The position numbers and the translations under genes were made by a program. A DNA stretch of 39,000 bases from Takakia lepidozioides. Lineage: Eukaryota > Plantae > Bryophyta. Shown here in pieces: positions 22,971 to 33,048 of this stretch. The notes under the pieces are model-generated. The model saw only the letters and a program-made list of their open reading frames with translations. It was not told the DNA's origin and searched no databases. The stretch is taken from contig JAKLZA010000197.1 of the NCBI GenBank assembly GCA_030704615.1, positions 1-39,000 on the forward strand, in the 5' to 3' direction. The first letter of the stretch is position 1. Each line of letters opens with the position of its first letter.

Positions 22971-23994
22971 GTATCAATGCTGCTATGGTCCAGTTGACAA
23001 GTGCACCAACAATGCGATAGTGGAGGATCCCAAACTGAAATGTGGAGGACCTCTTCTCGGTGCTGGAACATCTCACCCTCATAAAGGCCCAATGAGAAAG
23101 AAGTCGGAATATGGAGAGTCTTACGAGCGTGGTTGCCAGTGCTGTTTCAAGGTCCAGCAATGCTATCTCGCCCCCGACATTTGTGTCCTCACGTACTACA
23201 ACAATATGGAGCATACAGACGCGAAAGGGAACGTCTGTCATGGGAAGTCCGTTGAGTTCAGGAACACTCGCCACGCCTACGCACCACACATTAGCAAGGA
23301 ATTGAAAGCATGGGTCATGGAGTGTCTGTGCCGAGGCCTGTTAGTCGCCCAAATCATGATGGAACATAAAGAGCACGTCATGAACAACACCGGGTTGGGG
23401 GATGCATGGACACGGGACGATTTTTTGCTAGAGCAGGATGTGCGCAACCTGGCCGAGAAATGGGCGTGGCAAACGTTCAAAAACATGCCAACGATGCGGA
23501 GAGTGTCCGCATGTGGAAAGACCAGAACCCAAAATCGGTCTTCTTCTATCAAGAGGAAAAATTGGCGCCAACATTCAAGCACTACGATGGCGACTTAACA
23601 TTCACAATCGGCATACAGACTGAGTGGCAAAAGAAGCGAATGCTTCAATTAGGCCATGCCCGTATCGTTGCATGCGATGCAACCTTCGGGACAAATCACC
23701 ACAAGGTACTCTTCATCCCTTTCACAATTTATCCACTTGCAGAAGTTGTGGATGTACGCACACTGGCAGCATCTGACATTCTGCATTTGAACAGTTCCCA
23801 TTGTACACGTTGATGGTCTTCGACGAGTGGCTTAACGGTATACCAGTTGCGTACATCATATGCGCGTGTGAGCGGACAACAGACCTGGTGCCGTGGATGG
23901 CAGCCTTGCGGGACTCTCTCCTCGCAGAAATGCCGGACTGGCGACCCGATGCCTTTATTGTGGACGATGCCGACGCCGAAATAAACGCCATTAC
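22971..23994 (+). pseudogene. Fragment of a second, different MULE transposase (family related to the plant SWIM-domain proteins At4g13970/At1g60560)
   Basis: YQCCYGP, RGCQCCF, HTDAKGNVCHG, YAPHIS, TRDDFL, FTIGIQTEWQ, ACDATFGTNHHK|FPLYTLMVFD..GIPVAYII, WRPDAFIVDDADAEINAI. Acceptor ends 22970, intron 23706-23794, donor at 23995; frameshift near 23480. Confidence 0.85.
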
Positions 23995-24027
23995 GTAAGT
24001 TTCATGTACCCTCTTGTACACTTGCGT

Positions 24028-24450
24028 GCAAGTCCATCGTATGCGTCCATTGTCTGTCTCTTCGGCAAGTCCCCTGCCATACAACGCACCCCTGGCTGCA
24101 AGTCCGGCCCATTCATTTCTGCAAGTCTGCTGGCAAACCAGTCCGCTGATAATGTCCTCTAGCGAAGTCCGCTGGAAGACTCACTTGCGCAAGTACGCTG
24201 CAAGGTCAGTCTGCTCGGGTGTGCTACCAGCAACGTCTGGGTAAGTCTACTGCCGGTCTCCTAAGGGCAAGTCCGCTGGCAGGCCAGTCCGCCAGAGGGG
24301 ATTGTTTGCAAGCAGTCTGCTGCAAGACTCACGTGTGCCAGTCTGTTGCGACCTCAGTCTGGTCGAGCAAGTCCGTTGGCAGGCACGTCCGCCAGAGGGG
24401 ACTATTCGCAAGCAGTCCGCTGCAAGACTCACGTGCGCCAGTCTGCTGCT
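24028..24450. repeat. Array of GCAAGTCCGCTG-like motifs including a ~100-bp-spaced duplication
   Basis: Motif variants at ~24028, 24065, 24098, 24121, 24163, 24189, 24241, 24267, 24367; 24267-24350 repeated at 24367-24450. Confidence 0.8.
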
Positions 24451-24630
24451 GAACGAGATGTGGTGTCGTGGAACGCCATGCTTGCAGGGTATGCACAACA
24501 AGGGCACGGGATGGAGGCTTCGGAGACCTATGAGCAAATGATTGGGGAAGGGTGAAGCCCGACCACATCAGGTTTGTGTGCATTTGCAGTGCGTGTGCAT
24601 GCTTGGCAGCCCTGGAAAAGGGCAAAAAGG
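24451..24630 (+). pseudogene. PLS-class pentatricopeptide repeat (PPR) gene fragment
   Basis: ERDVVSWNAMLAGYAQQGHGMEASETYEQMIGEG/VKPDHIRFVCICSACACLAALEKG with one frameshift. Confidence 0.9.
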
Positions 24631-24914
24631 TTATGGTTGCATCGCCAAAGCTGGAATTTTACTAGATTTGATTCCCTATGGATCAATAGCTACAAGAAAC
24701 CTGCATGGTAGATGGTCAACTAAAGGCTGCAGCTGCAGCGGCACAGTTCATGAAACCAGGCACCTCAACCATGATCACAGCTTCTAAAAGAGGATCAAGA
24801 GAGGGAGTCCACAATGCCTCTTCTGGCACTTCTGGGCATGTGAAGATGCTTTGTGGCAGGCAGACTGACAAAGGCTCTACAGACTTAAAACCAATGAGGC
24901 ATTTCAGCAGATTG

Positions 24915-25327
24915 AGATACGTATGTCTGTCCCTTGCTTAAGTGCAACAAGATGGAAGGCAGGTGCACACTTACATTATCGAAAGTAGATGCACGCCAAA
25001 TGTTTTTCTACTTAACACCCTTGTCTCCATGTATGTTAAGTGCGGAAGCATCATGGATGCTCACCAAATGTTCAACAGAATGCCTCAACAATCTTTGATC
25101 ACGCGGAATATAATGTTGGCAAGAGTTACCAAGCATGGGTGTGGTAGGAATGCTTTGGAGACCTATGAGCACGAAGGGGTGAAGCCCAACCACATCACGT
25201 TTGTTTGTGTTTGCAATGCGTGTGCAAGCTTGGGAGCTCTGGAAAAGGGGAAAGAGGTCCATGGTGACATCATCAAAGTTGGATTTGTACCAGATGTCAT
25301 TCTGAACACTGCCCTGGTGGACATGTT
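24915..25327 (+). pseudogene. Second PLS-class PPR gene fragment
   Basis: GRQVHTYIIES..PNVFLLNTLVSMYVKCGSIMDAHQMFNRMP..EGVKPNHITFVCVCNACASLGALEKGKEVHGDIIKVGFVPDVILNTALVDM; truncated both sides. Confidence 0.9.
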
Positions 25328-27461
25328 AGTATCAGAAATCTGCAAGGACCTAGGGATGCCTAAACAATGTGCCAGACATGTTGTAGAAACTTCCTTTGTC
25401 CAATTACAGCTGTGGAGCAAGCCATAAGTTACCGCTGTAAGCCCTGATTATTGCTGCTTTGAAGTACCTCAGCTGGATGAAACAATTCTCAATTGAGAGG
25501 GCAATTGTTATCTTGCTGTCTTCATCTGTTGTAGCAATGTCCATTCCTTCACTGAGACAGCCTCAGTTATCTGGGAATGTATCACATTTTTGTGTAAATG
25601 TGAAGTAGTTTACCCATATGAAGCTGTTGGAGACTGTGATGCTCCATGTTGAGACAATTGGAAGATTTTTTCCAAACTCAAAGCAACAGCTTGAAAAGAG
25701 AGTCCCCCAGATGCAAGTGACATTAAATGCTACTGACTGTGGACAGTCTTCATTCTGAGGGGTCCCATGCAGCTGTTAGCCAACATTTGTCTAGGGCCTT
25801 TAGAGCCCCCCTCCAAAGAGGGCGGTAGCCCTGGTGGGGATGGGGCTCTCATTTATGTTGGCTTTGGCTAACGTTGTCTCTCTCTTCTAGAGAACTGTCT
25901 TGTAGTTGTCAAAGAGCTCCTGTGGGATCAGTGAGTGAATGTTGTTGTTTCCTGAACAGGACTGCGGGGAGCATTGCATGGCCAGCTCCACTTTGCCAGG
26001 GCAAGAATTGCGACGAATTCTTCTGATGTGAGGCAAGTGTTTCTATTTATACTGAAACTTGTCATGCATTCTTCATACAGTTCTTTGCTCAACCTTTTAC
26101 ACTTGATTGGTAGAATGGATGTTGTTATGAATACTTACGATGCTCAATCCACACTCAGTTAGAGTGTATGAGATTTTTTTGATAAGATTGCATTGTTACC
26201 CTGGAGCTGATTGTTGATGTGCCGGAGCTGTGCCCTGTGGGATAACATGGGATAACATTCAAGATGTGAAACTGTAGGCAGGCTTAGTCTAATTTATACT
26301 TCTCGCTCTCTCTCAGCAGATTGCATAACAATAAAGAGACTTGTCAATGGTTGATGATGGAATGACCGGATGAGTTGCTCATTTGCTGTCAATAGTGGGG
26401 GATTGTTTTCACATGCGGCATTTGTGACCATCTCACTAGTTGAAATTCCTTTTCAAGCTGTTAGAATCTCCAAGGATTCACAAGAGAGTTCGGATTTTCT
26501 TGAAGCAAAGTTGCCATGTATCAATTTTCACGTTGCTCCAATGCAGTTTCAAAGAAAATACTGGAGGCGTGGAGCACATATGCTCTTGATCATGATTTCA
26601 TTTCACGCTCAAACATGCTATTGACAGGGATCAAGCATGGGTCCCCATGTGTTTTAGTTCACCAAAACAAAACAGACACATGAGTATCGCAAGTTGCAAA
26701 CTACCTGCAATGTATCTTTTTCCCATGAGGACAATTAAGCTTTTGTCTGTGAATTAAATTCAAGGAGCTTTCAAGGAGTCTTGGTCTCCTAGTAAAAATC
26801 CAAAGGAGGTTTTATCTAGCGGTAGTTGCCGACTGGGATTTTGCTAAAAAAGACCCCAGCGAACAGAACAAAGCCAGTATCGAGCGCTGTTTGGAAAGGG
26901 TTTTTTTGTGTGTGTCTAATAGTGGTACAAGATGATGTGGAAGGAGTTTCATCCTGAAGCGTTGATATGTCCACAACCAAAAAATAGCTACACGTTGAAA
27001 ACTTTGTTTTCACGTGGAATTGCGGTTTGGTGATTTTCCATGGCTGATGGTATACCCAATGGAGCTGAAGTTTGTGGGGATTTTAAGGATATCCCAAGGA
27101 AATGTTTGGCCAAGTTTCAAGAATTTTGAAGGAGATTTTCAACAATCCACTTTTTTTGGAGCTTTCGAGTGTTCGTGGCCACAAGAATTCAAATGGAGTG
27201 GATTTTTGGGCCCTAAAAAATCTAAGAGCGCCCTAGGATAGCTGGTTGGATGAATTATGATACCTACCAACCAAAAAGTGTTGAAATCTTTCTTCATCCA
27301 AGGATTTGGCCCGATATATACCATCTAATTTGTTTTTATAGTATTTTCAGTATATAGGGCTTATTAGGTGAGCTTGCTCACCCACTTCACTTCTAGTTTT
27401 TTGGCTTGTTTGTTCTTTGTCAGTTAGTTGCTTAGGAGCTTGAAAGAGAGAACCAAACTTT

Positions 27462-27470
27462 GCTTGAAGC
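27462..27470 (+). repeat. Left target-site duplication GCTTGAAGC (right copy 37749-37757)
   Basis: Identical 9-mer directly outside both TIRs. It can also be read as an 8-bp TSD (GCTTGAAG) with the element starting CCC at 27470. Confidence 0.9.
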
Positions 27471-27617
27471 CCGGGGGGTGCACTCCTCATTAAATGTACC
27501 AGCCACGTGCGTGCACAGGAGGGGGTATTTTAAACCCCCCCATGTACAACATTATACATACAGAGGGGGGTTTAAAAAACCTTAAATATAATTTTACAGG
27601 AGGGGGTTGTTGAGTTT

Positions 27618-27720
27618 TTAGGGATAGTGTAGTGGTAAGAATGGCGATTCCGCCGCGATGCATCCCGGGATCGAATCGTGGAATCGTCGTTTTGTATGTT
27701 TGTTTTTTTTTTTTTTTTCG
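27618..27720 (+). other. Degenerate tRNA-derived sequence (Pol III A/B-box-like) followed by T tracts
   Basis: TAGTGTAGTGGTAAGAAT (27625-27642), 21 nt, then CCCGGGATCGAATCGTGG. Spacing matches plant tRNA-Asp(GUC) as I recall it (TAGTATAGTGGTAAGTAT-N21-CCCGGGTTCGATCCCCGG). Anticodon and acceptor stems do not pair. Confidence 0.55.
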
Positions 27721-28379
27721 CTCCACGATCTTTCTCCCCTGACCTCCCGCGGCTTTCTTTTTTTCTCCCTCCTCTCCGCGTTCGCCTTCCCTTCCGCGGG
27801 CTTTCTCTTTTTCCTCCTCTCCTCTCCCCTCCTCTCCACAGGGCATGGTAGGACAATGTGGTGAGGGCACCAAATGTGGTGAGGGCACTGACTTGGGAGA
27901 AGGTTTGAGGTTGTGATGTATGTAGGGCAGGAATCGAAGGGGATGAAGTAAGTGCGCGGGAAGCAGGCCTGGGCTGATCGGTGATGATATGCGGGTGTGG
28001 TGGCGGATTGTTGTGCAGCAATGACAGGAGGACATGGGCATCAAGATTCCCAGTCATCAGAGGTAATGAGCACATTAGGCCTATTTTCTTTCCTAATAAT
28101 GATTGGCGTGACACAATGGTTGTACTCACTGTATCAGGCCTATTCTCATCCTTATTGAATCCAAACAGCCAGAGGGACAAGATGCCCCTAAGTGTACAGA
28201 CCTGAACGTCCTGAATCTGAAGGATTTGGTACTCAAGAGTTTACACAAGACGAGCAAAATCTACACATGGGGTAACTGTCCCCCTTTGCAGAACGGTTGG
28301 GCGTCCAGGAGCAATCCCAAGCTACCTAGACGACAAACAATTCACATGCAAAGGGCTGGCTTGCGGCTGGCCACTTTCA

Positions 28380-30830
28380 AACTTCTCAGGGCTTACTAAC
28401 CAAAGGAAACAACTCGAAGTGGGACAAGTCCTTCGGACTAATGATATTCATATCTGTGCTGGGCAAGAAACATGGGAAACTTCGGATAAACTGGTTGGAG
28501 ATGTCAATGGTTATAAATGGGCAGGTAGGATGTGTACTCTCAAGGCAGCCTCTGCCAAACGCGGTCAAAAAAGGGGTTGGATTCTTTGTCCGTGATTTCT
28601 TGTTTGATAATTGTGAAATTATCAACAAGGGTTTGAGGTACGAACATAGTATCTGGCTAAACTGAATCTGAAGGGCGGCATGAGTACGAAGGACCTCTTT
28701 GTGGGTTGTGTTTACATGCCCACAGAGGGGGACCCTTAGTGCTGACGCAGACAAAGCCTTCGAAGATGTAAAGCTGGACTGTGCTTCGTTCCTTGCCAAA
28801 GGTCAGGTAGTGCTATTGGGTGACTTCAATGCCCGGGTGGGCAAAGGGCTCCATCAGGACGATATCATTGGGCCTTTTGGTGAGGACGAGCCCTCTATAA
28901 AGAGTGCTGCAATTTGAAAACCAACAGAGAATTGTGGGCGAGGTACTATCAGCTCCGGAAAGATATCAATCAGCTTGTTAGGTCTCAGAAGAAATTATAC
29001 TGGGATAAGTTATACAGTGAAATAAACTCAAACCACCATGGTGGTAATGACAAGAAATTATGGTTGGCCCTTCAACGTTTGTACAAGCCTAAAAACGGTC
29101 AGCAAGTACAAGCGCTGAAGACTACTAAAGGTGCAGTGGTGACTTCATCGGTTGACATTGTCAAAACCTTTGAAAATCACTACAGTATCCTTGGCAGAAC
29201 TTCTAGGTCTAACAGTGAGGGGTCTTCTGCTGAATGGAGGGACACAGTTGGAAAAATTGTTCCTATGATTCAAAACAGCCCTGATGAACTGGAGTATATT
29301 TCAATGGCTTATAACGCTCCCATTAGTTCTTCTGAGATTGTGGAAGCAATTGAACATTTAAATGGATATAAAGCTGGTGGACCTGATGGTATTGTCAACG
29401 AGCTTATCAAGCACGGTGGCGATCCCATGATAGAGGCCCTAGTTCTCCTCTTTAACCTTATCTGGAAGACTGAAATGATCCCCTTTCGCTGGCGACAGGG
29501 GGTCATTGTCAGTCTATACAAGAAGGGTGACAGAGAAGAACGGGGAACTACCGTGGCATCACACTCAGGAGTTGATTAATTGCGCGAAGAGATACTTTGA
29601 TCTTTGGGGGCTAGAGGCTAATGTCAGCAAATGTGCAGTGGTAGCATTCAACGACAGAGGAGAGGGAGGAAGTGATCTTAAGTGGCAGTGGGGTAGCCAA
29701 GAGATCCCGGTCCTCCCTTCCTACACTTACCTGGGCGTTGAGTTTTCCTCCAATTGTAATTGGGATGCACATATCCGGAAAGTTGTTCGAACTGGCAAGG
29801 GCAAAGCTCTGGGGCTCACTAAATTTTTCCACTGCAGAGGGGTCATCTCTGAGGTTAAGAAAACCATGCTTTGTCGCGTTATTAGACCTGCCTTGGAGTA
29901 CGGATCTGCTATATGGGTTGATAACTCCAACCAGGCTAAGTCTCTAGAATCCATTCAAGTGGGGGTGCTTAAGGAGTGTATGTCAGCATGCTCCAAAACA
30001 GCCAATGTGGCTGTTCGGGGTGAGTTTGGCATTCCATCCTTAAGCTCCCGACGAGATGAATTCAAGGTCAGATGGTGGGGTCAGCTGCAACATATGCCCA
30101 ACACCAGATATCCTAAGTTGATTGACTCTATATCTTGGAAACAGGACCGCCCTGTCAAACAGGCTAAGTCCTGGCAGAAGAGAGTAGAAAGATTCTCAAG
30201 GACCTGGACCTGGATCCGCAAGTCTTGACCCTGCTGGATAAATCTGCCTTAGAGGCTGTAGTGTCTGAGGCCATGTCTGTTGCCATGAGATTGTCTGATG
30301 AAAATGAAGTTAGGCAGAGAACTTCCCTGAACTTGTTTCCAGTCAGTGACATGGGGGGACATCTTGGATGACCTCAAGGGTCTACCCACTCTCGGCACTA
30401 GACTGAAATTTAAACTCAGGGCAGGAAGCCTACCTTTGAACAGCAAACAGAAGCAGAGAGGAAAGGGAGAGTGCAATTGTCCGTTGTGTGGGCAATCTGA
30501 AGACAGTATTCATTTTCTGATACGCTGTCCGGGTTCTCTCACCAAAGAGAGGCTCTCTTCAATTCTATCAAGGGAATTGTGCCTGTACCCCTGTTTACCA
30601 ACTTTGAAAGTCTCGAGGCTGAGCCAAAAGCCCAGGCCCTCCTGAGGCCTAGTTTTTGGGCAAATCACACACAGCAGATTGATGCTTGTGTGAAGGGTTT
30701 TCTAGAGGATATCTGGAAAACCCGGATTAATTCCTTATACGATGGTAAGTCTTACTACCAACGTCAGCCCTGTTCCTTTTGTTCCCACTGAAACTGGGCG
30801 CGGGGTCAATGGCCAAGGCTACGGCAAACA
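28380..30830 (+). mobile_element. Internally deleted non-LTR retrotransposon (LINE; APE-RT-CCHC, RTE/RTEX-like rather than typical plant L1)
   Basis: APE: ICAGQETW, GVGFFVR, VVLLGDFNARVG. RT N-part: KAGGPDGIVNELIK, LFNLIW..IPFRWRQGVIVSLYKKGD, NYRGITL joined directly to QELINC..NVSKCAVV..YTYLGV..IRPALEYGSAIW. C-terminal CPLCGQSEDSIHFLIRCP. Clade call tentative. Confidence 0.9.
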
Positions 30831-31367
30831 ACGTCTTATGAGTACAATCTCATCCTTATCATCCCTCGCCTTTTGGAAAATTCCAGCCATAATTGAAGGG
30901 CAATTGGTTGTTGTACTTAACTGCACGAATGTTCCCCTTTCTGTTGGAATGAGCCGCACGTCCTTTCCATGCTGACATACCCTTTCTTCTTCCTGCAGGA
31001 TCCTTTGCCCAGCCCTGTTATTTCTATCATTTGTGCCATCCTCTTGGCGTTTCCACAGCCTCCCCTCATTGCCAGTGAAGTGTTTCTTTCTCTTCCCTTT
31101 GTCTTTAAAGACACTCCAACTGTTAGCTGCAGTACCCTTCGCTGATTTCTTATTGCCTTTGACCTCATGTATGTTTTCAATCATGTTTGAAGGGTGATCA
31201 CTTGCTGCCATATGCATGACTGTGTCCTTGACTGCTTTCTCTTGTCTCAGTATGATGTTTAATTGTTGTCATGTCAGGCTGTGCTCAGCTGCACGTGGTG
31301 TCTTCAAATGGATCAATTTTTCAGACACGGTCTTGCCAACTGAATGATGCAGGTTCACTTGGGAGAG

Positions 31368-31990
31368 TGCACTCCCCCTTTCCTCTCTGCTTCTGTTTCA
31401 TGTTCAAAGGTAGGCTTCCTTCCCTGAGTTTAAATTTCAGTCTAGTGCCGAGAGTGGGTGGACCCTTGAGGTCATCCAAGATGTCCTCCCCCATGTCACT
31501 GACTAGAAACAAGTTCAGGGAAGTTTTATGCCTAACTTCATTTTCATCAGACAATCTCATGGCAATAGACATGGCTTTGGACACTACAGCCTCTAAGTCT
31601 GATTTATCCAGCAGGGTCAAGACTTGCGGATCCAGGTCCAGGTCCTTGAGAATCTCTTCTACTCTGGCCTTGGGAAAACACCTTTTGATCTCAGTCCAGA
31701 AAGTGGTCAGAGGTACCAATATCAGTTCTGTCGATCAACACATTGGCACACTGGGGGAACAAATTTTGTCCATTATGATATAGTCCACAATGGAACGTTC
31801 CCCAGTTTGGGATTTCTCACGAGTCCACTGCACTTGGTCACCTCTTGTCTTGTTAATCAAGGTCAAAAGCTGAAGCTCTTCCAGACAGTTAATTAACCGT
31901 CTGCCATTAGAATTCAGCTCGTCCTCACCAGAAGACCCAATGATATCGTCCTGATGGAGCCCTTTGCCCACTTGGGCATTGAAGTCACCC
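31368..31990 (-). mobile_element. Second, inverted and differently deleted copy of the same LINE
   Basis: GDFNAQVGKGLHQDDIIG..NSNGRRLI..WTR..SIVDYII..SDH (APE C-half) joined to RVEEILKDLDLDPQ..KFKLREGSLPLN. 31368-31665 is the inverse of 30181-30474. Confidence 0.9.
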
Positions 31991-33048
31991 TACAATAGCA
32001 CCACAGAGATGAAGAGAAGCTTTGGAATGAGACACTTTTCTGACCCCAGTCAATGGTGGGACAATGTGGGTGGATGGTCAACTGAAACAGCAGCGGCAAC
32101 AGCGCAATTGATAAAGCAAGGCACTGCTGATGAAAGGTACCTTCTTCAACGTATTTCAGCCTGAGGGCACCTTCTGGTTTGACCTGTTTCAGCCTGTTTT
32201 TCCCTCTCATCAGACTCAGCCCTGAAGCATATGTATTGAATTCTGTAAGTTAGCTCGTTGGGTGGATCTGCGGTGCTCTGGAGTGACTTTGCAAGTTGCT
32301 GCCGAGGTGGTAGCATGACAGTACCTAAAAAAAGATAATAGATAGAACAAGGGACTGCTAATGAAGGTACCTTCTTCAACACATTTCAGCCTGTTTTTCC
32401 CTATTATCAGAGTCGTCCCTAGATTTCCAGATGGCGGATTCCAAGCTCCAGATTACCTATGATTCCATGTGGAATGATAGCTACAAGAAACCTGGATGGG
32501 TAGATGGTCAACTGGAAGCCACAGTAGTAGCTGCAGAGGCATGATGTACGCATTGTTAGTGTGGAGGAGGGGTAGCTGTTGATGCAGGGAGAGGATCGTG
32601 GGTGCAAAATCATCCAAGAGGGCCAGATTTGGAGCAAGGAACAGCGCTGGCAGGAGTTCTATAAATTTGATCCACAGCGGTGGGACAATATTGTCAACAA
32701 GGTGAGCTTTCTTCATGCAACATCGTAGGGAGTTTGACAGAACTTTGTATTAAATATATGTTAGTGTGGAGGGAGGGCTAGCCGCTGATGCAAGGATGGA
32801 CTGTGGGTTCAGGATCACACCCAGAGGGCTACCAGCAGTGGAAGTAGCAGCATTTGGTCAATAGCAGCAGCAAAAATTAACAACATCAAACTCATCAATC
32901 AGGTACTTGCTTCTGTATACATTTCATCCTCTTATGAACGTAGTTCCTACTTGGACAGCCTATAGGGTTGTATAAAACAGGACTTTGGAACCTTCCAAAA
33001 TTGGTCTATCAAGGTCTGATTTGAAATGTTTTCATTGCATTTTGCAGG

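Noticed and set aside
24451-25427. Intact PPR RNA-editing factor gene
   Set aside because: Only two short disrupted fragments with no E/DYW domain or continuous frame.
27618-27690. Functional tRNA gene
   Set aside because: Acceptor and anticodon stems do not pair and the T-loop consensus is altered; kept only as tRNA-derived.
27490-28180. Lys/Glu/Arg-rich - strand ORFs
   Set aside because: They arise from the poly-T and polypyrimidine tract at 27690-27840.
30819-31217. 132-aa - strand ORF between the two LINE copies
   Set aside because: No recognisable motif or splice support; cannot be called.
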